Below are positions 37,187-47,152 of a stretch of 64,000 nt of DNA, piece by piece. The stretch lies in contig CAMYNW010000022.1 of NCBI GenBank assembly GCA_947259885.1, forward strand, positions 1,871 to 65,870, written 5' to 3'. The DNA comes from an uncultured Gammaproteobacteria bacterium (GTDB taxonomy: Bacteria > Pseudomonadota > Gammaproteobacteria > Arenicellales > Poriferihabitantaceae). Under the pieces are notes generated by a model, which was not told the origin of the DNA, searched no databases, and worked only from the letters and a program-made list of their open reading frames with translations. Positions within the stretch are counted from its first letter, which is position 1, and every line of letters begins with the position of its first letter. The position numbers and the translations under genes are program-made.

Positions 37187-39265
37187 ATGAATATGTCATC
37201 GATCCGGATGGGCGTCGATATTGGTGGAACGTTTACGGATATCGTACTTGAAACTGGAGAAAGTCAATTTTCGACTAAGGTCCTTACTACAAATAAAGCA
37301 CCTGAAGACGCGATTATCGCAGGGATGAGACAAGTTTGTGATCAGGCAGACATCCACCCCTCGGAGATAGAACAAATCATTCATGGTACGACACTGGCAA
37401 CTAACGCGCTAATAGAGCGACGCGGCGCCAAGACAGCGCTGATCACCACCCAGGGTTTTCGGGATGTTATCGAGATGCGCAGCGAATCCCGATTTGAGCA
37501 ATATGATCTCAATTTAATCTTACCGGAGCCACTACTTCCGAGGCAGCAGCGCTATACGGTCGAAGAGAGGATCAGTGCAAAGGGCGAGGTGCTCATCCCA
37601 TTGGCAGCCACTGAGGTGGAGGCTCTCGTAGATAGAATTAAAGATGAAGGCTACGAAAGTGTTGCCGTAGGCCTTATCCATTCGTATCTAAATGTCGATC
37701 ACGAAGCCATGATTCGCGAAGTATTGGCGGAAAAGCTGCCTGACGTAATGGTGTCTCTTTCGTCAGAAGTGTCGCCTCAGATGCGCGAATATGAACGATT
37801 CAACACCGTCGTTGCCAATGCTTACATAAAACCCATGATGAAAAACTATTTGGGAAGACTGGGAGGGCGGCTTCAAGATGAGGGTGTCAAATGCACTATC
37901 TTTCTGATGCATTCTGGCGGCGGAATTATTTCAATTGAGAGTGCAGCGGAGTTCCCGGTCAGACTGGTGGAGTCCGGGCCTGCCGGTGGTGCTGTTTTTG
38001 CTGCGCACATCGCTTCCAGATATGGGCTCGATAAGGTGTTGTCTTTCGACATGGGAGGGACTACTGCAAAAATTTGTCTGATTAAGAATCAAACGCCTAA
38101 AACAAGTCGCGTGTTTGAGGTCGCGAGAACCTATCGGTTTAAAAAGGGATCGGGAATGCCGATCTCGATTCCAGTTATCGATATGGTTGAAATTGGTGCG
38201 GGTGGTGGGTCATTGGCCCATGTCGATTTGATGCGCCAGATTCGAGTCGGACCAGAATCCGCAGGATCCGAACCAGGTCCCGCGTGTTATGGCCGAGGCG
38301 GTGAGCGACCTGCGGTAACGGATGCGGATCTTGTGTTAGGGAAGCTCGATCCGGAAAACTTTGCCGGTGGTACGATCAAGCTGCATAAGGAAAAAGCCAT
38401 CTGTGCATTGCAAAGTGCTTTGGGTGAACCCCTTGAGATGGATTCGCAAACCGCCGCCTATGGGCTCGCCGAAGTAGTCGATGAAAATATGGCTAATGCA
38501 GCACGCGTTCACGCGGTCGAGAACGGTGAAGACTTGGCCGAGTACACCATGATCGCATTCGGTGGCGCGGCACCCTTGCACGCGGGTCGTCTATGCGAAA
38601 AACTTGGTGTTGAAAGATTGCTTGTTCCGCCCGGTGCCGGGGTTGGTTCTGCTATTGGTTTTCTTCGTGCGCCCTTTAGCTTTGAGGCTAACCGAAGCGT
38701 ATATATGCGTCTGTCCGATTTCAAACCCGACAATATTCGTATTCTGCTTTCAGAGCTTGAAACCGAGGCGACCACTTTTGTTCGTTCTTGTGAGGCAAGT
38801 GCGGATATCCAGTCCGAATTTAAGGCCTACATGCGATACGCAGGTCAAGGAGAGGAAATTCCTATCGTGCTGAGCCCTGAACAAGCGATTGACCCCGACG
38901 CTGCAACATTTCAACGTTTATTTGAACACGACTACGTCACACTTTTTGGTCGTGCTGTTGAAGGCATGGACGTAGAGATCACGGTTTGGTCGGTTAACGC
39001 GACAACACAGAAAGAGTCTGTCAAGCCAATCCAACCGTTGATGGCTGATACGGAAGCAGTAACAAGCGGGCGTCGATCTATATTTGATCCAGCATTAGGT
39101 GAGTCGGTGGAGTCTGCAGTGGTTATGCGTAATGCCCTCAATTCTGGAGATAGAGTACAAGGGCCTGCGGCGATTACTGAAGACGAAACCACAATCATCC
39201 TGCCATCAAGCAGGCAGGCAATCCGTCAGTCTGACGGATGTATTGATATTGTCCAGCGCGCCTAA
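37187..39265 (+). CDS. Hydantoinase/oxoprolinase A-type subunit (HyuA family)
   Basis: 'MGVDIGGTFTDIVL', 'IHGTTLATNALIERRGAKTALITTQGFRDVIE', 'SFDMGGTTAKICLI'. Confidence 0.9.
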   Translation: MNMSSIRMGVDIGGTFTDIVLETGESQFSTKVLTTNKAPEDAIIAGMRQVCDQADIHPSEIEQIIHGTTLATNALIERRGAKTALITTQGFRDVIEMRSESRFEQYDLNLILPEPLLPRQQRYTVEERISAKGEVLIPLAATEVEALVDRIKDEGYESVAVGLIHSYLNVDHEAMIREVLAEKLPDVMVSLSSEVSPQMREYERFNTVVANAYIKPMMKNYLGRLGGRLQDEGVKCTIFLMHSGGGIISIESAAEFPVRLVESGPAGGAVFAAHIASRYGLDKVLSFDMGGTTAKICLIKNQTPKTSRVFEVARTYRFKKGSGMPISIPVIDMVEIGAGGGSLAHVDLMRQIRVGPESAGSEPGPACYGRGGERPAVTDADLVLGKLDPENFAGGTIKLHKEKAICALQSALGEPLEMDSQTAAYGLAEVVDENMANAARVHAVENGEDLAEYTMIAFGGAAPLHAGRLCEKLGVERLLVPPGAGVGSAIGFLRAPFSFEANRSVYMRLSDFKPDNIRILLSELETEATTFVRSCEASADIQSEFKAYMRYAGQGEEIPIVLSPEQAIDPDAATFQRLFEHDYVTLFGRAVEGMDVEITVWSVNATTQKESVKPIQPLMADTEAVTSGRRSIFDPALGESVESAVVMRNALNSGDRVQGPAAITEDETTIILPSSRQAIRQSDGCIDIVQRA

Positions 39266-39285
39266 TCAATATTCGGGAGATCGTT

Positions 39286-40992
39286 ATGACACAAAAAACC
39301 TCAACAGTTTCCAATCAAGTGATGTGGAATAGAATGATTTCTGTGGTTGAAGAACAGGCGCAAGCGCTTATTCGCACTGCGTTTTCTACTTCCGTACGCG
39401 AAGCTGGCGATCTGTCCGCTGGGGTATATGACACGAAAGGGCAAATGCTCGCGCAAGCGGTCACCGGCACACCAGGACATGTCAACGCCATGGCCGAATC
39501 TGTCGGGCATTTCATTCGACGAATAGGCTATGACAACATTTTTGCGGGTGATGTTTATGTCACCAATGATCCCTGGGAAGGAACCGGTCACCTGCATGAC
39601 ATCACGGTCGTTACGCCATCTTTTTACAAAGGCTCACTGGTTGGCTTCCTTGCGTGCACAGCACATGTTGTAGACATTGGTGGCAGAGGCTTTGGTGCGG
39701 ACGCCAACTCAGTCTATGAAGAGGGTCTTTATATCCCGATCATGAAATTCGCGCAAAAGGGCGAAGTGGACATGACCTTAATCAACCTTCTTCGTGGCAA
39801 TGTGCGAGAGCCAGATCAGGTTGTCGGTGATTTCTATGCCCTCGCGACTTGCAATGAGGTGGGGCACAGACGCCTTTCAGACATGATGGAAGAGTTCGAT
39901 CTGTCTGACTTGAGTGGCATCTCGACATTTATCCTTGAGAACTCACGTCGCGCAACTCTTGACCGTATCGCAGCACTCCCCAGGGCACAAGCTACCGGTG
40001 CTATGACCATCGACGGGTACAGCAAACCTGTTGTCCTTAGGGTTTCCCTCGACGTTCAAGCCGATCGCATCATCTGCGATTTCGAAGGCACGTCGGGCTT
40101 GGATAAAAAAGGCATCAATGTTCCTCTGGTCTATACAAAGGCCTATGCGTGCTACGCGTTGAAATGCGCAATTGCGCCGGAAATTCCCAATAACGCAGCT
40201 TCTCTTGCGCCATTTGAGGTAACGGCACCGGAAAACTCCATTGTCAATGCGCTACACCCTGCGCCGGTTGCACTAAGACATGTGATTGGCCACATGATTC
40301 CAGATGCGGTCTACGATGCATTGGACAAGATTTTACCCGATACTGTTCCTGCTGAAGGCGCCGGCACGTTGTGCAATTTTCAGGTTTCGCTTAGACCGAG
40401 AACAGATGTTAAGGCGCGAGAGATCGCGGTAAGAGCCGAAGTGCTGGCGTTTAACTCAGGCGGCTCCGGCGCCCGACCAACCGCTGACGGTATGAATGCG
40501 ACCGCCTTCCCATCAGGTGTAAAGACCATGCCTGTTGAGGCGACCGAACACACGGGTCCTGTGATTATATGGAGAAAGGAATTACGTCCAGATAGTGGTG
40601 GGGCTGGTAAATATCGCGGTGGCCTTGGTCAGTATATGGTAGTTGGCGCTAGTGAAGACCATGAGTTCGATTTCTCCGCCATGTTTGATCGTGTCGATCA
40701 CCCGGCACGCGGCAGACAAGGTGGCAAGAACGGCGCTTCCACAACTGTTAAAAGGGAAGATGGCACGCCTATGAAGGGCAAAGGTAAGCAGTTCGTCCCT
40801 GCCGGTGGTCGTGTAATGCTGGCGTTCCCTGGTGGCGCTGGGTATGGTAATCCCGCCGAAAGGGATGCCGAGTTGGTGCGCAGGGATCTTATCCGTGGAT
40901 ATATTTCAAAAGACATGGCTAAGGAGGAATACGGCATGAGTAATGAGGATATTGCTAGTGTCTTTGAAGCCAACAAAAGCGAGTTCAATTGA
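39286..40992 (+). CDS. Hydantoinase B/oxoprolinase-type subunit (HyuB family)
   Basis: 'RTAFSTSVREAGDLSAGVYD', 'VTNDPWEGTGHLHDITVVTP' and 'GGAGKYRGGLG' are HyuB blocks. The start is 20 nt after the HyuA stop. Confidence 0.9.
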   Translation: MTQKTSTVSNQVMWNRMISVVEEQAQALIRTAFSTSVREAGDLSAGVYDTKGQMLAQAVTGTPGHVNAMAESVGHFIRRIGYDNIFAGDVYVTNDPWEGTGHLHDITVVTPSFYKGSLVGFLACTAHVVDIGGRGFGADANSVYEEGLYIPIMKFAQKGEVDMTLINLLRGNVREPDQVVGDFYALATCNEVGHRRLSDMMEEFDLSDLSGISTFILENSRRATLDRIAALPRAQATGAMTIDGYSKPVVLRVSLDVQADRIICDFEGTSGLDKKGINVPLVYTKAYACYALKCAIAPEIPNNAASLAPFEVTAPENSIVNALHPAPVALRHVIGHMIPDAVYDALDKILPDTVPAEGAGTLCNFQVSLRPRTDVKAREIAVRAEVLAFNSGGSGARPTADGMNATAFPSGVKTMPVEATEHTGPVIIWRKELRPDSGGAGKYRGGLGQYMVVGASEDHEFDFSAMFDRVDHPARGRQGGKNGASTTVKREDGTPMKGKGKQFVPAGGRVMLAFPGGAGYGNPAERDAELVRRDLIRGYISKDMAKEEYGMSNEDIASVFEANKSEFN

Positions 40993-41225
40993 TCTATCAA
41001 GCTTTTCGATTTTAGGACTGGAGACTGCGCCTTTAACGCCTTTGAACAGAATGCGATTCTCGGCCCGTACACAAGCATCAAAATTTTTATATTTTTGAAT
41101 GGGTTTCAGGTCATGGATTGCAGCAAGCTCCCGCGATGGGACGCGGTCTTTCGGAGATGATTACCTATGGAGAATATCGCTCGCTTGAATTATCGCCCTT
41201 TAACTACCAACCGATCGAGCGCTAG
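40993..41225 (+). pseudogene. Decayed 3'-terminal fragment (~75 codons, one frameshift) of a DAO-family FAD-dependent oxidoreductase
   Basis: Directly after the HyuB stop one frame reads '...GDLAFNAFEQNAILGPYTSIKIFIFLNGF'. At ~41103 the +1-shifted frame continues 'SGHGLQQAPAMGRGLSEMITYGEYRSLELSPFNYQPIER*' (stop 41223-41225). Together these match the conserved C-terminal block '...N.I.GP.P...NL....GFSGHG.QQ.PA.GR.L.E.I..G......L.PF...R' of this family. No N-terminal part is present. Confidence 0.6.
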
Positions 41226-41241
41226 GACTGCGGAATCTGGT

Positions 41242-42630
41242 CTACATACCTTGTTTATGCAATGACGCCAGTTCAGCCAGGGTAACTGGTTTGATCGGTG
41301 GGCGAATTCGGTAGTAACCTACTTCTGAGACCGGAACCTGCCTTTGGTCCGCAATTAGTTCGCTAACGACCAATCCGCAATACCTGCCCTGACAGGGCCC
41401 CATTCCCGGACGTCCAAAGGACTTGGTCTGATTTGGGCCGGTGCATCCTAGATCGACATAACTTCGGATGTCGCCCGCACTGACTTCTTCACACCTACAG
41501 ACGATCGTTTCGTCAGCGGGTGTTAAAAATTCCTGTGAAGGAGCATACAAACAGTCTATAAAGGGTCTTGCTGAACTAAGTGGCAAAAGCTTTTCCTTTG
41601 TGATCTGAATCATTTCTTTAGCACCCGACTGGTCTGTTTTATCTAACGATACAATGGCGGACCATGCAGCCAGTGTTCCCTGAAGCTCCGCCGCTTTTGC
41701 GCCAAATATGCCGCGACCATCCCCAGCAATTCGAAGCCAGCTTAATTCAGTTTCTCCGCAGGGGCCTGTGCGCGGATACCAGCAGTGTTGTACTGGTTGC
41801 CAGTCATGAGACAAGTTTAAATGCCGGGAGATCTGAATATTGGGCACAACACCGATATGTATTCCAAGCACACTACAGCCTAGTTCGTGCATTCTGCCGC
41901 CAGACCTAAACTGTAAACCCTCGACTTTCTCTTTTCCAACAGCGGTTAAACTGCTCGCATGGCGATAGTGAGGAATGCCGTGTTTACGAATTACTCCCGT
42001 TAACTGTATGCCGCTGCGCAACAACTCTCTGGATTTCAGCATTCCAGGGAAATACTTTAAAGCTCTAAAACTATTTTGGCGGGGTGTCGTCTCTATCAGG
42101 GCAGTTATCTTGCCGCCAGCATTCAGAACTTGTCGAGTAAGTAAAAGCAGTAATGGGCCGCTGCCTACCAGCACAAATTCTCCTTCCGGGGTAAGCCCTG
42201 CAGTTTTTAATGCAATCTGTATCCCGCCAGCGGTCATCACACCAGGTAAGGTCCAGCCTGGAAATGGCATAGGCCGTTCCAAAGCTCCTGTGGCAAGGAT
42301 AACTTGCTCGGATTGGAGGTATGAAGAGCCCGTTGGATCAGAATAATAGACTGTACCATCTTCGGTGATCTGCCAAACCGTCGCTTGCGGTTTCCAGGTA
42401 ACTGAAGCATGTTCGAGTCCAGAGACCAGTTCTCGTCCTGATTTATATTCAGGGCCAAGTACTTTCAGTAAATTATCTCCAATGTCACTCAGGCCGCGAT
42501 AGATTTGTCCGCCAGCGCTTTTTTGGTCGTCGAGCACAATGGTATCGATGCCTAATCGGCCAGCGACATCTGCTGCGGCCAGTCCTGCTGGGCCCGCGCC
42601 AATGATCACGAGAGGTGATTTATGTGTCAT
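41242..42630 (-). CDS. NAD(P)/FAD-dependent oxidoreductase, HcnB / opine-oxidase-subunit-A-like, with a BFD-like [2Fe-2S] segment
   Basis: 'MTHKSPLVIIGAGPAGLAAA' is the start preferred at 42630; the ORF also opens at 42663. A second dinucleotide fold is 'FVLVGSGPLLLLL'. The Cys cluster is 'VCRCEEVSAGDIRSYVDLGCTGPNQTKSFGRPGMGPCQGRYC'. Confidence 0.8.
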   Translation of the reverse strand: MTHKSPLVIIGAGPAGLAAADVAGRLGIDTIVLDDQKSAGGQIYRGLSDIGDNLLKVLGPEYKSGRELVSGLEHASVTWKPQATVWQITEDGTVYYSDPTGSSYLQSEQVILATGALERPMPFPGWTLPGVMTAGGIQIALKTAGLTPEGEFVLVGSGPLLLLLTRQVLNAGGKITALIETTPRQNSFRALKYFPGMLKSRELLRSGIQLTGVIRKHGIPHYRHASSLTAVGKEKVEGLQFRSGGRMHELGCSVLGIHIGVVPNIQISRHLNLSHDWQPVQHCWYPRTGPCGETELSWLRIAGDGRGIFGAKAAELQGTLAAWSAIVSLDKTDQSGAKEMIQITKEKLLPLSSARPFIDCLYAPSQEFLTPADETIVCRCEEVSAGDIRSYVDLGCTGPNQTKSFGRPGMGPCQGRYCGLVVSELIADQRQVPVSEVGYYRIRPPIKPVTLAELASLHKQGM

Positions 42631-42976
42631 CGTCAGGATTTCTTGGGCCGTACATCCGACCAACCACCATTCCTTCTTGCACTTCGATCATACAGGCTTG
42701 TAGATTGGGAATTTGATCGACTTCCATCAGACATTCAAAACACGTCCCCACCATGCAAAATGGTGCGCGGGCTTGACCATTTACAGGCGTCTTTCTTGTA
42801 AAGTCTATTCCGTTTGCTAACAGGGCTGCCGCGATTGTCTCTCCTTCTCGCGCCTCTATGACCTGGTTTTCAAACTGAATGCTTACTAGTCTGGTGTCTC
42901 GATTAATGCTGCGACTAAATCGAAAAACGCTTGCCACTAAAACTCTCCAGGTTTTTGGGTTGATCTTCGCCACCAA
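42620..42976 (-). CDS. Small (2Fe-2S)-binding protein, HcnA / opine-oxidase small-subunit-like
   Basis: 'VSIQFENQVIEAREGETIAAALLANGI...RAPFCMVGTCFECLMEVD'. The start is uncertain (ATG 42976, GTG 42973 or GTG 42937), and every candidate overlaps the upstream gene's 3' end. Confidence 0.7.
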   Translation of the reverse strand: MVAKINPKTWRVLVASVFRFSRSINRDTRLVSIQFENQVIEAREGETIAAALLANGIDFTRKTPVNGQARAPFCMVGTCFECLMEVDQIPNLQACMIEVQEGMVVGRMYGPRNPDDDT

Positions 42977-44009
42977 TCCATCTTGTGAGCACTAGTGCGT
43001 GTATGGCTGCTAATGTTATACCACTATGGCAGGTTACAACGTATGCTCCTGGGTGGGCGTCAGACTGTTGATATATAGGAAAACCGTCAGGGCTCATGAC
43101 CCGTAATGCTGCCCAGGTTCTAATAGTGCGCAGATGGGACAGCAATGGGTAGATCTTTATTGCGCGGCGCGCAATGCGCGAAATTACCTCCGGTGAGGTG
43201 CGATCATCAAAACCAACGTTCTCCTTCGAATCGCCAATTTGGACTGCACCTTCACCGACTTGCCTGATCTGCACGGAGGGGTAACGCATGAATGGTATAA
43301 CGCGTTCGCATATCATGATTTGACCTCGGTTCGGCTCGACCGGCACATTAAGGCCAACCATTTCCCCGAGCTTGCGGTTCCCAAGGCCTGCACACAACAC
43401 CACCTTCTGCGCAAACATCTCGACGCCTCCACTCAAACGGAAGCCGCTATTTTCTTGTTTAATTTTGTCCACGCTGACGCCATTAACCACTCGTCCGCCA
43501 CGCGACTGAAAGTCTGTATACAAAGCCCTAAGAAGGTATAGTGGGTTGACGTGTCCATCTTTCGGGCAATAAGTTCCCCCCACCACATCTGGACCGATCT
43601 CTGGCGTCAATTTGCGAAGCTCGGTATTTTCAATGTACTCGAACGGATAATCTATGCTTAGAGAATCACGAATACCGCTAAGACGTGCCACGGCGTTTTC
43701 AGCTTCATCATTACTCAGGCAAAAATCAATGCCTCCAGGTTGCGACAACTCCAGCTTGATCCCGGTAGTGTCCTCCAGCTCATCAGCGAAGTCAGGCCAA
43801 AGCGAAGCAGAACGCAGAGTCCATCGCGTATAGTCAGGTAAGCCATCTCCCTTACCCTGCACCCAGACCAGTCCAAAGTTTCCTCTGGAGGCGCGGAAGG
43901 CAAAATCTCCTTCGTCAATGACCATGACATCGCGTCCGATGCGTTGCAAACCCCAGGCAATTGATATGCCCAGAATACCACCACCAACGATTGCGAATTC
44001 AGATTCCAC
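42915..44009 (-). CDS. FAD-dependent oxidoreductase, HcnC / opine-oxidase-subunit-B / DAO-like
   Basis: 'EFAIVGGGILGISIAWGLQRIGRDVMVIDEGD', 'RASRGNFGLVWVQGKG' and a C-terminal 'HSGITLAAIHALVL'. Confidence 0.85.
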   Translation of the reverse strand: MESEFAIVGGGILGISIAWGLQRIGRDVMVIDEGDFAFRASRGNFGLVWVQGKGDGLPDYTRWTLRSASLWPDFADELEDTTGIKLELSQPGGIDFCLSNDEAENAVARLSGIRDSLSIDYPFEYIENTELRKLTPEIGPDVVGGTYCPKDGHVNPLYLLRALYTDFQSRGGRVVNGVSVDKIKQENSGFRLSGGVEMFAQKVVLCAGLGNRKLGEMVGLNVPVEPNRGQIMICERVIPFMRYPSVQIRQVGEGAVQIGDSKENVGFDDRTSPEVISRIARRAIKIYPLLSHLRTIRTWAALRVMSPDGFPIYQQSDAHPGAYVVTCHSGITLAAIHALVLTRWIGGEDQPKNLESFSGKRFSI

Positions 44010-44151
44010 GGGTTGTATTTATTTTGACGGACAAACTAGTTTATACCTGGCTTAAAACGATCAGCTAAATCTGGTGGCATATCCTTTGACCGGAAACAAG
44101 TGCTACTCAGTGAACAGAAAGTCAAAACAGGTCAGGCTAACATGACTAGCA

Positions 44152-45498
44152 TCATTGCTGGTGCTGCTTCGATCGACCAAAAATAAAGTAACCCGGGATT
44201 GCCATGGCAAAGATCACCAGTCCGACGAGCAATGATGAGTATTCATTCCCAAACAAAACTACCGGGTGATCGATGGTAAGAAGCATCAGCACACAACTGA
44301 TGGCGCCGAGCACTGATACGACAGGCAGATTACCGATGTTGAAAGGAGTGCGCCATGGACGTGGCAGTTCGGGGCGGCGTAACCGCAACAGGATATTGCT
44401 CAGGTTGACAATCAGGAACAGGATAAAAATACCGACATCGGTTATCGAAGCCAGAACCTCTAAATGTTTAAAGAAAAGGAAGGCAATTGAGATGCCGCCG
44501 GCGATGCAGACAGCCAGGTAAGGGGTATAGCGACTGCGGGAAACCCGAGATAGTGCACGAGGCATCGACCCATCTGACGACATGCCGTATAACATTCTGG
44601 CGCTGACAATAAGGGTGATCAGAACAGTATTGGCGGTCGCAAATAGTGCAATGATGGCGATCAGAGTCGGTGCGGCACCGCCGATAAGTTCTTCCATGAT
44701 CACCGAAAGGGGTTGCTCTGATTCAGCCAACTGCTGGTAGGGAACCACACTGACAGCGACTACTGCCACCAGTATGTATATGAAGGTCGAAATCACCAGT
44801 GCATAAATAAATGCGCGGGGCAAATCACGATATGGATCTCGTGCTTCTTCTGCAATGTTGGCAATATCCTCAAATCCCAGATACGCAAAAAAAATCAATG
44901 CTCCCGCCGAGATTACCGGCAGAAAGGGCCATTCTTCGGGCGCCACTGTCGGCGCTTCAAGTAGATTTGCGAGTGGGATGACACCATCAATTATCTGGTA
45001 CCCGCCTACAGCGATGACCAACAAAAGGCCGCCAATCTCAATACTGGTAGCAAAAACATTGAAGCGAGCAGACTCCTTGATTCCCCAGTAGTTGAGCACT
45101 GACATCGCAATAATGAGACCGCCGGCTGCAAATACCGTATTCATGGGAACAAACTGATTCAGATATTGGGCGAAGCCGACCGCCACTGCGCTGGCGGCAG
45201 CAAAACCAACGACCAGGGCGCAGAAGCCGGTGATCCAGGCTACTGCGCGCGAGGAAAAAGCCTCTCTGGCAAATACGAACTCTGCGCCTGCGGCCGGAAA
45301 CAGCGCGCTGAGCTCGGCATAACTGAGCGCGGTAAAACTCGCGACCAGCGCTGCCACTAGGAAAGCAAGCCATAGCATATTGCCTGCGATTCCTGCTGCC
45401 GCACCAATCAGAACATAGATTCCGGCACCCAGAATCAGGCCAACGCCATAGATGACGATTTCCCAAAGGCCAAGACAGCGTTTAAGAGCAGTTGTCAA
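44152..45498 (-). CDS. APC-superfamily amino-acid/polyamine permease
   Basis: About 12 predicted TM helices. The N-terminus 'LGLWEIVIYGVGLILGAGIYVLIGAAAGIAG' and 'FAYLGFEDIANIAEEARDP' are typical APC blocks. Confidence 0.85.
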   Translation of the reverse strand: MTTALKRCLGLWEIVIYGVGLILGAGIYVLIGAAAGIAGNMLWLAFLVAALVASFTALSYAELSALFPAAGAEFVFAREAFSSRAVAWITGFCALVVGFAAASAVAVGFAQYLNQFVPMNTVFAAGGLIIAMSVLNYWGIKESARFNVFATSIEIGGLLLVIAVGGYQIIDGVIPLANLLEAPTVAPEEWPFLPVISAGALIFFAYLGFEDIANIAEEARDPYRDLPRAFIYALVISTFIYILVAVVAVSVVPYQQLAESEQPLSVIMEELIGGAAPTLIAIIALFATANTVLITLIVSARMLYGMSSDGSMPRALSRVSRSRYTPYLAVCIAGGISIAFLFFKHLEVLASITDVGIFILFLIVNLSNILLRLRRPELPRPWRTPFNIGNLPVVSVLGAISCVLMLLTIDHPVVLFGNEYSSLLVGLVIFAMAIPGYFIFGRSKQHQQ

Positions 45499-45745
45499 AT
45501 CAAACTTCTATTGCACTTTGATAGACCCAGACCAAAAGAAGATCAGGGATTGTTTGTTGTTACTTAATCCGGCATGTTCGCGTGCCGCAGTCAGTATACA
45601 TTCTGTGACTGCTACATCGTCCAGATTTAGTCTAACCCAGACCAATGCATTCGGTTTCTAACGCTGAGCCCCGCGGTTGCTGAGTCAGGTATTCCTGTAA
45701 ATTCTCTTCAGATTCAAGGACAACTAGGTATCAAGCGAACTTAGG

Positions 45746-47152
45746 TTAATTAATTGAAATACCTTGTTTCTTCAGGTCTTCCACCACTTCCGACATGGAG
45801 TCGCGAAGAATGGTAACAAGCTCGTCGATTTGTGTCCGGGTAATAGTCAAGGGTGGAGATAGTACATTCAAGTTTCCGACTGGTCGAACCAGTAACCCCC
45901 TCTTTTCCGCAGCGTTTGAGATTCGTTTGCCGATATTAACTTCATCTGGAAGCGTTTCCCGGGTTTCCTTGTTCCCAACGTTGACCACACACGCCATCAG
46001 GTGTTTACCTCGGACATCGCCGACAGTAGGCATATCCCGCAGCTCATTAAGCTTCTGCATAAAATACGGGCCCACATCATTTTTTACATGATCAAGCAGA
46101 TTTTCCCGTTCCATGATTTCAATGTTCTTAAGTGCTGAAGCGCAGGCGACCGGGTGACCGGAATAGGTATAGCCATTGGTAAACCAGCGATCATGCCCTT
46201 TGGCGCTGATCACATCATAGATCTGGTCCGAGAATATGGTCGCGCCAAGCGGCTGGTAGCCCGAAGTTAGCCCTTTTGCGCAGGTGATGATGTCAGGCTG
46301 AATATTAAATACGTCTTTAGATGCGAACCACGCGCCCAGGCGCCCAAAACCAGTGACCACTTCATCTGAAACAAAGACAATACCGTGTGATTTGCACAGC
46401 TTGTGCACGGCTTCCACATAGCGCTGCGGAGGCACAACCACCCCACCAGCGCCGAGTATAGGTTCGGCGAAGAATGCGGCAACATTGTTAGCACCAAGTT
46501 CTTCCAGTTTGCCTTTGAAGTCAGCGATTAAAAAATCTGTAAAAGCCTCTTCATCCATATCACGCGGGCGCCGATAAACATTTGGCTCGGCTACATGATG
46601 AATAAAATCGGTGGCGTACTCGAACTCAGGCTGCCGATCTGCAGGTTTCCCTGTCAGCGACTGCGTGATGTAAGTGCTACCGTGATATGAGCCTTTGCGA
46701 GAGAGGAAATGCTTTCGATTTTTCTCGCCTTTGCAGCCCCAATAATACTGAATCAATCTAAACGCAGTTTCATTTGCGGTGGATCCGCCGCCCGCAAAAC
46801 TTACATGGTTTAGCGAGCCTGGTGCCAGTTCAGCCAATTTGGCTGCCAGTTTCGCAGCAGGCGCATTGGTGACATCGACAAAGGGATTGGCATAAGCCAG
46901 TTTGAGGGTCTGTTCAGCGACAACTTCAGCCATTTCTTCCCGTCCATATCCGATGTTGACACACCATAGCCCGCCCACTCCATCAAGATATCGATTGCCT
47001 TCGGCGTCTACCGTATACACACCTTCTGCCTGGTGCATAACCAGCGAACCTTCCTCTTTAAAAGAATCAAAATGGGTCCACGGATGAACAAAATGTTGTC
47101 GATCTTTAGCCCAGATATCCTGGGCAACGTCTTTGGGTAATGTTGCGCTCAT
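45746..47152 (-). CDS. Class-III (omega) aminotransferase, PLP-dependent
   Basis: 'GVGGLWCVNIGYGREE', 'FAEPILGAGGVVVPP', 'FVSDEVVTGFGRLGAWFAS' and 'DIITCAKGLTSGYQPLGA' (PLP Lys). I chose the ATG at 47152 (MSATLPKD...) over the longer ORF start at 47200. Confidence 0.9.
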   Translation of the reverse strand: MSATLPKDVAQDIWAKDRQHFVHPWTHFDSFKEEGSLVMHQAEGVYTVDAEGNRYLDGVGGLWCVNIGYGREEMAEVVAEQTLKLAYANPFVDVTNAPAAKLAAKLAELAPGSLNHVSFAGGGSTANETAFRLIQYYWGCKGEKNRKHFLSRKGSYHGSTYITQSLTGKPADRQPEFEYATDFIHHVAEPNVYRRPRDMDEEAFTDFLIADFKGKLEELGANNVAAFFAEPILGAGGVVVPPQRYVEAVHKLCKSHGIVFVSDEVVTGFGRLGAWFASKDVFNIQPDIITCAKGLTSGYQPLGATIFSDQIYDVISAKGHDRWFTNGYTYSGHPVACASALKNIEIMERENLLDHVKNDVGPYFMQKLNELRDMPTVGDVRGKHLMACVVNVGNKETRETLPDEVNIGKRISNAAEKRGLLVRPVGNLNVLSPPLTITRTQIDELVTILRDSMSEVVEDLKKQGISIN

